Shown here piece after piece: positions 32,346-42,030 of a DNA stretch of 64,000 nucleotides. Below the pieces are notes generated by a model. The model made no database searches. It worked only from the letters and a program-made list of their open reading frames with translations, and was not told the DNA's origin. Position 1 is the stretch's first letter, and each line of letters starts with the position of its first letter. A program made the translations under genes and the position numbers. Source of the DNA: Candidatus Bathyarchaeota archaeon (GTDB lineage Archaea; Thermoproteota; Bathyarchaeia; Bathyarchaeales; Bathycorpusculaceae); contig CAVYXJ010000009.1 of the NCBI GenBank assembly GCA_963772455.1, forward strand, positions 64,001-128,000, given 5' to 3'.

Positions 32346-33854
32346 TTACATTCCTGTCTTGAGTCGCCGGTAAGTCGTGTAGTCCACGTATTCCACGAAT
32401 GGATTTTCAGCTTGAAATTTAACGCTGATTTTTTGTCGTTTACGTTTGTCGAGCAATTGACTTGTTGTTCTAAGCATGTAAGCGTCGCTGCCTGCACCTG
32501 AACCATAGCTTGCAACTAAAATGCGTTCATCCGGCTTAGCAACATCCAACACCGCAGCTAAACCGACAAGCGAGGCTCCCGAATACGTATTTCCAAACTT
32601 TGTTATTTGAATCGCAGGCAAATACTGATCTTCTCTAAAACCGAGTTCTTTGGCTATTCGAACTGGAAACTGTGGATTAGGTTGATGAGGAACGAAATAG
32701 TTTAGGTCAGTTGCTTTATAATTTAATTTCTCCATGAGTTTAGTGGCAGATTTTCGAACATGTTTAAAATATGCTGGGTCGCCAGTGAATCTTCCACCAT
32801 GCATTGGATACTGTTCGCCATCTCTACGCCAAAAATCAGGAGTGTCAGAAGTGCAAGAATACCAACCTTCAACTTCGGCTATTACATCGTTTTTTCCAAA
32901 AATAAAAGAGGCACCGCCGAAACCAACATATGTATCTAATTCCCCGCCCGCACAACCTCTAGGGGCAGCTTGAGAATTATCTGCGCCGATAACCATTGCG
33001 TATTTTATACAAGACCTTGGATAGCTAACCAACGCTGAAGCATCTTTGAACATGCTTGTGCCCGCTTTGCAAGCAAACTCAGTATCTACTGCATCAACGC
33101 TTTGAACGTCGCCGTCTTCTTCACCGAGCTTAAGAACTTGAGCTACCTTTGATGCAATAGGTTTAACGGCATAAGGGTTTGATTCTGAGCCAACATAGAC
33201 TTTTCCAATCCAAGTACTATCGAGACCTGAATGGATAAGGGCAAGCTTTCCAGCTTCAACCGAAGCAGTAACCGCGTCTTCATCTATGAATGGAACAGCA
33301 CGTTCCAAGCCGTCTTCTTTTATGCGGAAACGAGAAGTATAAGCGCCATAACCTACGATACCAGGCAATTCATATTCTTTGCTGGGTTGTACCACTTTGT
33401 ATTCTTGGTGTGGATAATATTCATCTGCTAAAGTGAAAGCTAAAGAAATTGTTGGAACAACCTCGCTTTTACCCACTGAATAACGTCTTCTGAAGCGAGG
33501 AATTACGTCCCTGCCTTCAAGGTTAGTTAAATCCACATCGTCACCTGCACAAATCAATTGGTCAGTTAATCTTGCGGGAACACGGATTTTTCCATCATGA
33601 AAGGAAACAATTCCGTAAACGAAACTTGAAAGTTTCATGAACTTGTTAGTTGGTTCATTGATATAGGTACATAATTCTAGTTTGCCCTTATCATAGAATA
33701 AGTCAACGCTATCCATTTTGCCATAGCTTTTTCTGCCGCAGTTACTGCAATAATCGCGTATTTCAAAATATTCTTTGCCGCAGCATTGACATCGGCTCGC
33801 TTTTAAGCGGTCGCCTAAGTAAGAAACACGTCTTTCTATTGGCTCACTACTCAT
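32346..33854 (-). CDS. DUF35 (zinc-ribbon/OB-fold) fused N-terminally to an archaeal-type HMG-CoA synthase
   Basis: N-terminal CxxC..CxxC and OB fold; then DED, VGSESNPYAVKP, EFACKAG, DFWRR, GRFTG.PAYF, HQPN, GNTYSG and SYGSGAGSD. Confidence 0.92.
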   Translation of the reverse strand: MSSEPIERRVSYLGDRLKASRCQCCGKEYFEIRDYCSNCGRKSYGKMDSVDLFYDKGKLELCTYINEPTNKFMKLSSFVYGIVSFHDGKIRVPARLTDQLICAGDDVDLTNLEGRDVIPRFRRRYSVGKSEVVPTISLAFTLADEYYPHQEYKVVQPSKEYELPGIVGYGAYTSRFRIKEDGLERAVPFIDEDAVTASVEAGKLALIHSGLDSTWIGKVYVGSESNPYAVKPIASKVAQVLKLGEEDGDVQSVDAVDTEFACKAGTSMFKDASALVSYPRSCIKYAMVIGADNSQAAPRGCAGGELDTYVGFGGASFIFGKNDVIAEVEGWYSCTSDTPDFWRRDGEQYPMHGGRFTGDPAYFKHVRKSATKLMEKLNYKATDLNYFVPHQPNPQFPVRIAKELGFREDQYLPAIQITKFGNTYSGASLVGLAAVLDVAKPDERILVASYGSGAGSDAYMLRTTSQLLDKRKRQKISVKFQAENPFVEYVDYTTYRRLKTGM

Positions 33855-35043
33855 TTTTGCATTCTCCTAATATGGTAACGTAGGCTTTTGTTCCAAAGCC
33901 CTCAAACTCTAATACGCAACCATTCTTTGGCATATCTTTACCAACGTGAACTTGTCTTTCGCCAGCTTCCCCACGAAGTTGACGATAAATCTCAAAGATC
34001 TGCGCCCCTCCAGTTGCACCCAGCGGGTTACCGTTTGCTTTTAAACCACCATCTGTATTAACATAAAGTGGTTTACCACCTATATCATAACAGTTTTGGC
34101 AGCCATGTATGCTTTTCCAGGCTGTTCCAGGCTGACAAAAACCCAAGTCTTCAAGAGAAACCATTTCCATCATAGTGGATTGGTCATAAACTTCGATAAT
34201 CTCTAAATTGGAAGGCTTGATTTTGGATGTTTCGGAAGCTTTCTTCATAGCAAGCTCAGCAGAAAGGAAATGGGATAAATCCGCTCTTGCTGGATAATTA
34301 AGATAGTCTGTTGCTGCACCAATGGCCAAAACGTTGACTGGTCGATCAGTCTTTTTCTTAGCCACTGATTCGCTTGTAAGAATCAGAGCTGATGCGCCAT
34401 CAGAAATTGGAGCAAAATCGTAGAGTCCTAAAGATTTCTGCGCTACTTTTCTTGCGCTTAAAACTTGATCAATGCTTATTTTTCTTTGATATTGGGCGTA
34501 TTTGTTTTTGGTTGCGTTAGCATGGTTCTTTACAGTAATCTCTGCTAAAGCCATGTTAAGTTGATCTAAGTTTTCACCTGTTATGTTATGTTTTTTTATG
34601 TAAGCACGAAGCATTAGTTCATGGTTTGATTCAGGTGTCCCACCTGCATAATAACTCCAAGGATCATCGAGGAGCATGAGATCGTCTCGGATTTTGTCCC
34701 AGCGATCTGTCATCTTCTCAATTCCGCCGACTAGAACAGTGTTGTAAGCTCCTGCTTGAATAGCATGGCAAGCTGTTAATAATGCGGCACTAAAAGAACG
34801 TGTGACCTCCATGGGCACATGAAGCTCAGTTAATTCTGAGAGAAAACCTTCTTCAAGACCTAATTTGTTTGTGATTGGAAGAAAGCAATCGGACATATAA
34901 CATGCTTCTAGGTCTTTTCGTTCTATGCTGCATTCATTTGAAGCGGCAAGCCAAGCTTCTTCAATTAGTTTTTCTGGTTCTTTGCCGTAGTGCTCTCCAA
35001 ACTTAGTTCGGCCAACAGCAACAATGGCTGGGCAATTTTGCAT
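33847..35043 (-). CDS. Thiolase-fold (SCP2/archaeal acetyl-CoA acetyltransferase family) protein lacking canonical catalytic residues
   Basis: GRTKFGE, GGIEKM, KNH.NA..N..AQ, PISDGA, EDLGF, VN.DGGLKA and LGATG..Q..E...QLRGEAGERQV motifs. Confidence 0.9.
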   Translation of the reverse strand: MQNCPAIVAVGRTKFGEHYGKEPEKLIEEAWLAASNECSIERKDLEACYMSDCFLPITNKLGLEEGFLSELTELHVPMEVTRSFSAALLTACHAIQAGAYNTVLVGGIEKMTDRWDKIRDDLMLLDDPWSYYAGGTPESNHELMLRAYIKKHNITGENLDQLNMALAEITVKNHANATKNKYAQYQRKISIDQVLSARKVAQKSLGLYDFAPISDGASALILTSESVAKKKTDRPVNVLAIGAATDYLNYPARADLSHFLSAELAMKKASETSKIKPSNLEIIEVYDQSTMMEMVSLEDLGFCQPGTAWKSIHGCQNCYDIGGKPLYVNTDGGLKANGNPLGATGGAQIFEIYRQLRGEAGERQVHVGKDMPKNGCVLEFEGFGTKAYVTILGECKNE

Positions 35044-35323
35044 AATATACCCCCTTTTTGGATAGCCATAAAGATTTTCAAAAAAGACTATTAAGGGTTT
35101 GCCAAATTCCTCACAAAAATTTTGATTGTTATATATAGCAACCAATCAGAAAGATGCTTTCAAAAAATTAAGGATAGAAAGAAAAATTATAAGAAGTCTG
35201 GAGAGAATTATCCGAATTGTTACTTTAGTGAATAAATAAAATAATTCATTAAAAATCTGCACTTCGATAATTAAATTGCGAACGCTGTCGCAAAGATAAT
35301 CAAAAGCGACTTAAAAATTAGCT

Positions 35324-36730
35324 TTAAAAATGTCGAAGCACTTCATTATTTATTTCATTTTTTATTAACTGAGATTTTATTGCTTCAATGAGTTTCTGAA
35401 GTTTTTGGCTCAACTCAACGGGGTAAACTGGAGCGTTTGTTAATGCCTTAAATTCTGCTGGAAGTTTAGAAATGTCTTCTGAAGCCTTGCTGCGGATTTC
35501 ATTAATAGTTGGAAGATTATAGATGATCTTGCCTTTGTCCATGACCTTAAGGAGTAACGGCTCACCCTTAACTTTTTCATCTGATAATGCGATGAGGTCT
35601 TTTTCAAAACTGCCCTCTTTATTCTTAAATCGATACACCTGCTTTCTTCCAGGCAAAGTAATTTTGTCTTTGCTTAACTTCATTTTGGGTGAAAAGCTGC
35701 CATCAGATCTCATTGTTTCACACAGTTTGTAGATAACGTCAAGGTAAGGTCTATCAGCTGAAGTGCCCATCTTAGTTCCAACACCAAACGCATCAATCAT
35801 GACGTTGTCATTGAGGAGTTGGGTGATTTTAAATTCGTCCAAGTCGCCACTTGCAAAAATCTTAATTTCCTTTAAATTATTGGCATCTAAGATTTTCCTA
35901 ATTTCTTGACTGTTTTTTGCTAAGTCACCGCTGTCCAGTCGAATTCCTCCAAGAGTATACCCTTTTGATTCGAGTTCTTTGGCGACTATTACGGCTTTTT
36001 CCGCTCCTGCCATAACATCGTATGTGTCTATTAGAAGGGTTGATTTGTTTGGGAATGTTTTGACGAAAGCTCTGAAGGCATCGATTTCCTTTTGGTAAGA
36101 CATAACAAATGAGTGAGCCATCGTGCCATAAACTGGAATACCATATGCCATTGCCGCTAGAACATTACTGGTTCCTTGACACCCAGCGATGTAACTTGAG
36201 CGAGCTACTTTCATCCCAGCATCAATACCCTGTTCACGTCTTAAACCAAATTCGATTATTGATTTGCCTTTAGCCGAATGGACTACTCGTGAAGCTTTAG
36301 TCGCTATCATAGTTTGAAGGTTAATTGTGTTTAAAAGAAACGTCTCTACAAGCTGCGCTTCAATAATAGGAGCTGATACACGAATTAATGGTTCATTGGG
36401 AAAAACCACAGTACCTTCTGGAACAGCCCATACTTCACCATTGAAATGGAAAGCATTGAGATAATCTAGGAAGTCATCGTTGAATCCCTGTTCTTTTAGG
36501 TAAATCAAATGATCTTTTGTAAAACTAATGCTTTGCAGATATTGTAAAGCTTCTTCTAACCCCGCGAATAGAAAGTATGAGCGATTTTCTGGCAACCGCC
36601 TAATGAAAAGCTCAAATGTGGCATTTTCAAAGTTCTTGTTGTCAAAGTAGCTTGCACACATGGTTAACTCATAATAATCAGTAAATAAGCTCATGTTTTG
36701 CAGTTTTAGGAAATCCAGAAAAGAGTTCAT
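35324..36730 (-). CDS. pncB: Nicotinate phosphoribosyltransferase
   Basis: TDYYELTM, EFGLRR, GTSNV, GTMAHS, LIDTYD, RLDSGD and FGVGT motifs. Confidence 0.95.
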   Translation of the reverse strand: MNSFLDFLKLQNMSLFTDYYELTMCASYFDNKNFENATFELFIRRLPENRSYFLFAGLEEALQYLQSISFTKDHLIYLKEQGFNDDFLDYLNAFHFNGEVWAVPEGTVVFPNEPLIRVSAPIIEAQLVETFLLNTINLQTMIATKASRVVHSAKGKSIIEFGLRREQGIDAGMKVARSSYIAGCQGTSNVLAAMAYGIPVYGTMAHSFVMSYQKEIDAFRAFVKTFPNKSTLLIDTYDVMAGAEKAVIVAKELESKGYTLGGIRLDSGDLAKNSQEIRKILDANNLKEIKIFASGDLDEFKITQLLNDNVMIDAFGVGTKMGTSADRPYLDVIYKLCETMRSDGSFSPKMKLSKDKITLPGRKQVYRFKNKEGSFEKDLIALSDEKVKGEPLLLKVMDKGKIIYNLPTINEIRSKASEDISKLPAEFKALTNAPVYPVELSQKLQKLIEAIKSQLIKNEINNEVLRHF

Positions 36731-36957
36731 GAACTATTAGGGGAAACTTTGCTGATTTAACGCTTTCTTAAAGTTTTAAGACCTAATTATTAATTTGCTT
36801 CTGTAAGGCTACATCAAATACCCGGTCAATGGAACCAAACTATCTTAGTATAACAATATACTCAAAACACTTTCACTTCCAATTACCCCTCCCCTGCAAG
36901 CAAACTCTGCTTATTCGTGTGTTTTAAATATCCCTAACCATACATCATCCTAAAAGT

Positions 36958-38010
36958 GTGAAGTTAATGACTGATGACTCCGATGTTGAAGAGCAGGAAA
37001 ATAGCGAAGAAACTATATTGGAAACAAACAGGAAAAAATACCAATTCATTGAAGATCTGCCAGGAGTTGGACCTGCAACTGCTCAAAAACTCAAAGAGCT
37101 CGGTTATCACACTGTAGAATCTTTAGCGATGGCAACTAGCCGTGAACTCGAGCCGGTTGGAGTAAGCGAGAAAAAAGCCTTCCAAGTCATTGAAGCCGCA
37201 CGCTCATCAATTGGCATTTCATTTATTCGAGCTGATGAACTCTTCAAAATGCGCCAAACCGTCTTGCGGGTAACTACCGGCAGTAAAGCCTTAGACAAAA
37301 TCGTTGACGGCGGTTTAGAAACCCAAACTATAACAGAATTTTACGGTGAATATGGCAGCGGTAAAAGCCAAATGTGCCATCAATTATGCATCAATGTTCA
37401 ATTGCCTCCGGAAAAAGGTGGACTTAATGGAGGAGCATTGTATGTAGATACCGAGAATACTTTCAGATTGGAACGTATTGTTCAGATGGCAAAGTTTGCG
37501 GGTTTAGATCCGGCAGAAGCTGTTAAAAAAATTATTTACGCTGAAGCTTATACTTCAGATCACCAAATGTTCTTGCTTGAAAACGCTGATGAAATAATCA
37601 AAGCAAACAACATCAAACTAATCATAATAGACTCATTAACTGCCCATTTTAGAAGCGAATATATAGGAAGAGAAATGCTTGCATCAAGACAACAAAGACT
37701 CAATAAACATATGCACAAACTCATCGCTTTAGCAAGAGCATTCAATGCAGTTGCAGTCGTAACCAACCAGGTGATGGCAAAACCAGATCAATTCTTCGGT
37801 GACGCCATTCATCCTATAGGTGGAAACATTGTTGGCCACACAAGCAACACGCGAATCTACTTAAGACGTGCATCTCATGGACCAATTCGAATTGCAAGAC
37901 TTGTTTCAAGTCCATATTTACCAGAAGGCGAGGAAATCCTTAAAGTAACCGAAAACGGAATAGAGGATGTCTCTGAAGAAGAGAAAGCAACCAAACCTCG
38001 TGGACGCTAA
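36958..38010 (+). CDS. radA: DNA repair and recombination protein RadA
   Basis: HhH N-domain (LPGVGP), FxxA motif FIRA, GEYGSGKS Walker A, IIDS and GGNIVGH. Confidence 0.97.
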   Translation: MKLMTDDSDVEEQENSEETILETNRKKYQFIEDLPGVGPATAQKLKELGYHTVESLAMATSRELEPVGVSEKKAFQVIEAARSSIGISFIRADELFKMRQTVLRVTTGSKALDKIVDGGLETQTITEFYGEYGSGKSQMCHQLCINVQLPPEKGGLNGGALYVDTENTFRLERIVQMAKFAGLDPAEAVKKIIYAEAYTSDHQMFLLENADEIIKANNIKLIIIDSLTAHFRSEYIGREMLASRQQRLNKHMHKLIALARAFNAVAVVTNQVMAKPDQFFGDAIHPIGGNIVGHTSNTRIYLRRASHGPIRIARLVSSPYLPEGEEILKVTENGIEDVSEEEKATKPRGR

Positions 38011-38013
38011 AGT

Positions 38014-38487
38014 ATGCCGATATCACAAGCCTTAGTTACAAGATACTTCCAGCTGCTAGTCAGCAGACAATTCACAGAAGCTGAACGCGAGCTTGAAAGA
38101 GTCAAACAAAAAATGCAGAAAACCGAATGGAACAGAGGATATTTCCGAGCACTTTATGGAATGTATCTTTCACGCAAAAACAGTGCCACAGATGACTACG
38201 CTTTTTTTTCAAAAATTGATCTAACTGATAAAGTAAATTTGCATGCTTACAGAAAAGAATTCCTCGACCATATGCGCAACGGCTTACATGGAGATTTCGA
38301 CCGCGGATTCTTTTCAGCTTGGGCAGATTGCATGCGAATTCTAACACGAATGGACGTTCCTAATTCTCAAAGCAGCAATGGAAAAGATAATAGCGACGAA
38401 GAAAAAATTGAAACACTCAGAAGCGACAAAAGTCAGGCGACAATAGCCAATTTTTTAGTTAAACCCAAAGAAAATAAAGAAGAATAA
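38014..38487 (+). CDS. Hypothetical protein immediately downstream of radA
   Basis: 157-aa ORF starting 3 nt after the radA stop; helical, with WNRGY...DFDRGFFSAW. Confidence 0.75.
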   Translation: MPISQALVTRYFQLLVSRQFTEAERELERVKQKMQKTEWNRGYFRALYGMYLSRKNSATDDYAFFSKIDLTDKVNLHAYRKEFLDHMRNGLHGDFDRGFFSAWADCMRILTRMDVPNSQSSNGKDNSDEEKIETLRSDKSQATIANFLVKPKENKEE

Positions 38488-38493
38488 AAAAAA

Positions 38494-38793
38494 CTAAACT
38501 TGTCCTAACGCTACTAAAAATACAGTGTAAAACAGGACAAAGAAAGATAACCAACTAAAGAAGTACATTCCAATGGCAGTGCTGAGGATTTTTGATTGTT
38601 TCTCGATTTTGTTTTTGTAAAATCCCCTGAGAATGTAATATGTTACGAAGTAGATTAGTAAAGCTACTGTTATGCTATTTACAAGGGTAGTAATGTCGCT
38701 TGAATTTCCGAATGTGGCTAAACCACCCGTTATTGCACCTGCAATAATGCCTAACACAACTCTTAACCAGTAAAGTTGGACTATAGGTGTCAT
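38494..38793 (-). CDS. EMC6/Rab5ip-like 3-TM membrane protein
   Basis: YWLRVVLGIIAG...G, a second TM ending YYIL, and G.YFFSWL.FFVLFYT, matching the EMC6-like pattern. Confidence 0.6.
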   Translation of the reverse strand: MTPIVQLYWLRVVLGIIAGAITGGLATFGNSSDITTLVNSITVALLIYFVTYYILRGFYKNKIEKQSKILSTAIGMYFFSWLSFFVLFYTVFLVALGQV

Positions 38794-38900
38794 CTAAATC
38801 TAATCCTTGGCTGAGTATATTTGTTCTTACTTAAAAAAGATGCCTAAGTATTAATCATTTCTGCCCCTCTAAACTTTGCAATCTCCAACCCAGAATTATA

Positions 38901-41015
38901 GTGAAACGGTTATTTTATAGCCAACTCTGCAATAGAGTCCTACCATTGGTGGATGTCTTGCGCAAAAAAGATTTCTCAAGCTTTGACATTGCGGCAGCAA
39001 TAAAAGAACTAAAAACCACTTTGGACCAATCCAGAGTGAACAACATCTACCAACTCGACGAGAAAACAATAATTTTCAAACTGCATAAAACAGACATGCC
39101 TCCTATTCGATTGGTTATGGAAGCAGGCAGGAGATTGCACGTTACCAGTTATGCAGAAGAAAACCCTTCGGAACCCCCAACGTTCTGTATGACATTAAGA
39201 AAATATTTGCGCAACGCTTGGGTGGCGGGAATTGAACAACACGAATTTGAAAGAATCGTAACAGTAAGTTTTCGCACCAAAACTGGCGTGTTAAAGCTTG
39301 TTGTGGAGCTTTTCGGCGAAGGCAACCTCATACTAACAAATGAACAAAACGTAATTATTCATGCTTTAGCTTTCAAAAAAATGCGTGACCGCGACATATT
39401 GCATAATGTAGTTTTGGAGCTTCCGCCTTCAAGCGGCAAAAACCCGTTCAAAGTAACTCAAACTGAATTGGAAGAAGCCCTCAAAAACGCAGGCGAAACT
39501 GAAGTTGTTAGGTCTATAGCGCGTTTCTTGGGTGTGGGGGGAGTTTATGCAGAAGAGATCCTTCTGCGAGCTAACATCGATAAAACCAAGCATTGCAGCG
39601 TCCTCACTATGGATGATGTTAAAGTAATTTATGAAACACTGCAAACCTTGTTGGCTGCGGTTTCAGGTGGGAATTTGGAGGCAGCAATCGTTTTAGGTGA
39701 AGATGGAGAATTTTTTGATGTTGTACCTATCAAACTCAAACGTTATGAAGGGTTCAAAACACAGGTTTACCAATCTTTTAACCAGGCTTTAGACGAGTTT
39801 TACCTGCGGGTAACGGTTGCTGAAAGAGCTGTTAACCATCTTGAAGTGGATAAGTTAAAGAAAGAAGCTGAAAGGTTAAGGCGCATGGTTGCTGAACAGG
39901 AAAAATCCATTCAGGAAGATGAAGCAAAATCAGAACGAGACAAACTCATCGGCGACACAATCTACGCCCACTTCAACGAACTCCAAACATTCCAAGAACA
40001 ACTCCTAAAAGCCAACCAGCAAGGACATGAATGGGAAACAATCATCACAACTGTTATGGCTGCGAAGAAAACAGGCAAACCGCCAGCTGCTTATGTTGAA
40101 TCGTTTGATGGAAAAAACCTTGCATTAAACCTTGGCGTGGACAGTTTCCACTTTAGTTTTAACCTTAGAGATTCGCTCTTCGAAAATGCTAACAGGTACT
40201 ATGAACATGGCAAACGCGCAAAAGAGAAATCTCAAGGCGCCCTCTTTGCGCTTCAGGATTCTAAGAGGAAACTCGCTAAAATCGAGCGTGAATTGGCTCA
40301 AGCGGAAGAACTTAAAAGCCTCAAGCCTGCTGAAATCATGGAAGCCCTATCGAAGCGCAAGGTAGAAATGGAGAATAGGGAATGGTACGAGAAATTCCGT
40401 TGGTTCATTACTTCGGATGGTTTTTTGGTGGTTGCGGGAAAAGACACAGTTAGCAATGAAGTGCTTGTCAAAAAGTATGCTACGATGGAAGACGCGGTTT
40501 TCCACGCTGAAATTACGGGGTCACCTTTCGTAGTCGTTAAAGCGGAGGGCAAACCGATAAGTGAGCAAGCGCTGCGTGAAGCTGGAGATTTTGCTGCGTC
40601 TTATTCGCGGGCTTGGCGAGAAAATCTTGGGACAGCAGATGTTTACTGGGTAAAAGTTGACCAGCTCAGCAAAAGTGGCCCGTCTGGGGAATCGGTTCCT
40701 CATGGCGCTTTCTTTGTGGTGGGCAAGCGCAATTGGATGCGAAACGTGCCGCTCCGAGTCGCAGTAGGCATAATTGTTGGGGAAGAAACAAGTTTTGTGG
40801 GAGGACCTGTGGAAGCGGTTAAAGCGAAAACAAAAGCTTACGTGGTTATCCTTCCAGGAGATACGATGGGGAAAGATTTGCTTAAACAGATTCTGAAATC
40901 ACTCATGCTCAAGCTGTCAAAGGAGCAACGTGAGAAAGCTGGCAAAACTTCAATTGAACAAATCCGAGAGTTCGTTCCTTACACGAAAGGCGCGATAAAT
41001 CTTAAAGCAGCCTGA
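38901..41015 (+). CDS. rqcH: Ribosome quality-control protein RqcH/Rqc2 (NEMF, NFACT family)
   Basis: NFACT-N (FCMTLRKYL, ERIV, ELFGEGN, RDR), HhH, coiled coil and NFACT-R (WYEKFRWF, GKD...NE, HA). Confidence 0.93.
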   Translation: MKRLFYSQLCNRVLPLVDVLRKKDFSSFDIAAAIKELKTTLDQSRVNNIYQLDEKTIIFKLHKTDMPPIRLVMEAGRRLHVTSYAEENPSEPPTFCMTLRKYLRNAWVAGIEQHEFERIVTVSFRTKTGVLKLVVELFGEGNLILTNEQNVIIHALAFKKMRDRDILHNVVLELPPSSGKNPFKVTQTELEEALKNAGETEVVRSIARFLGVGGVYAEEILLRANIDKTKHCSVLTMDDVKVIYETLQTLLAAVSGGNLEAAIVLGEDGEFFDVVPIKLKRYEGFKTQVYQSFNQALDEFYLRVTVAERAVNHLEVDKLKKEAERLRRMVAEQEKSIQEDEAKSERDKLIGDTIYAHFNELQTFQEQLLKANQQGHEWETIITTVMAAKKTGKPPAAYVESFDGKNLALNLGVDSFHFSFNLRDSLFENANRYYEHGKRAKEKSQGALFALQDSKRKLAKIERELAQAEELKSLKPAEIMEALSKRKVEMENREWYEKFRWFITSDGFLVVAGKDTVSNEVLVKKYATMEDAVFHAEITGSPFVVVKAEGKPISEQALREAGDFAASYSRAWRENLGTADVYWVKVDQLSKSGPSGESVPHGAFFVVGKRNWMRNVPLRVAVGIIVGEETSFVGGPVEAVKAKTKAYVVILPGDTMGKDLLKQILKSLMLKLSKEQREKAGKTSIEQIREFVPYTKGAINLKAA

Positions 41016-41310
41016 TACTATTCTAAAAAACCTGTTACATTTAAAACGTGCCAAGTTAGATTATTTTTTTAAACAATGGTTCACGTCTGCGCTAAAGTGT
41101 TAAGAAGTTTATCAAGCTCTGCAAAACCTTCTTCCCGTTTTCCACTTTGAAACCAAAAGACATTCTAGAAAAAACAAAAAATTCACCTAAAAACAATTGT
41201 AGCTCTTTAGTTTAAAAGTTTTAACGTTGACATTTCTGATTGTTAAGCGATTACTACGCGCAGTGAACTAGTTTTTATTATAATTCAATAATAATTAAAA
41301 TGAGGTTGGT

Positions 41311-41919
41311 TTGTTGGATAAAATTGACTTTAAAAAAGAGTTAAAAAACCTGTACAATCCTTCGGTGAAAGAAGTTACGGCTGTTGATGTTCCAGCTATG
41401 AATTTTCTATTGGTTGATGGAGAAGGTTCGCCTTCATCACCGAAATATATCGAGGCTATTGAGGCTTTATTTAGTGTCTCTTATACGCTCAAATTTATGG
41501 TTAAGAAAGGCAAGGGCGTTGATTACGTTGTTATGCCGTTGGAAAGCTTATGGTGGGTTGATGATATGACTAAGTTTAGTGCGGACAGAAAAGATGAGTG
41601 GAAATGGACAGCTATGATAATGCAGCCAAAGTACGTAACAGCCGAAGATTTCAAAATAGCGGTTGACCAGGTAAAGAAGAAAAAGAATCCTACTGCGCTG
41701 CTCAAGGTTCGGTTTGAAAGTTACAAAGAAGGATTATCCGCACAAATAATGTATATTGGACCATTTTCAGCTGAAGGACCAACCATAACAAAAATCCACT
41801 CACACATCCAAAAAAGTGGGCATGAACTAAGCGGCAAACACCACGAAATCTACCTAAACAACCCGGCCACAACAGCGCCAGAAAAATTAAAAACCATCAT
41901 AAGGCAACCCATGAAATAA
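41311..41919 (+). CDS. GyrI-like small-molecule-binding domain protein
   Basis: DFKK..K.LY, DYVVMPLE.LWW, W.WT.MI.QP, HHEIYL and TIIRQP motifs. Confidence 0.88.
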   Translation: MLDKIDFKKELKNLYNPSVKEVTAVDVPAMNFLLVDGEGSPSSPKYIEAIEALFSVSYTLKFMVKKGKGVDYVVMPLESLWWVDDMTKFSADRKDEWKWTAMIMQPKYVTAEDFKIAVDQVKKKKNPTALLKVRFESYKEGLSAQIMYIGPFSAEGPTITKIHSHIQKSGHELSGKHHEIYLNNPATTAPEKLKTIIRQPMK

Positions 41920-41952
41920 CGCAGCCCATTGAAGCAACCATCTTTTAAAAAT

Positions 41953-41976
41953 GGGTTAGATCCCTCAGATCAACCC
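41953..41976. terminator. Hairpin between convergent gyrI-like and udg genes
   Basis: GGGTT-AGATC-loop-GATC-AACCC imperfect stem flanked by A/T runs. Confidence 0.3.
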
Positions 41977-42030
41977 TTTCCACCCCTATTTAAAAAAAAA
42001 TTCTAATTTAATTGTTCAAACTACGTCACC

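Noticed and set aside
41080-41160. Minus-strand fragment WFQSGKREEGFAELDKLLNTLAQT resembling an SRPBCC C-terminal helix
   Set aside because: Too short, with an in-frame stop just upstream; cannot be supported without a search.
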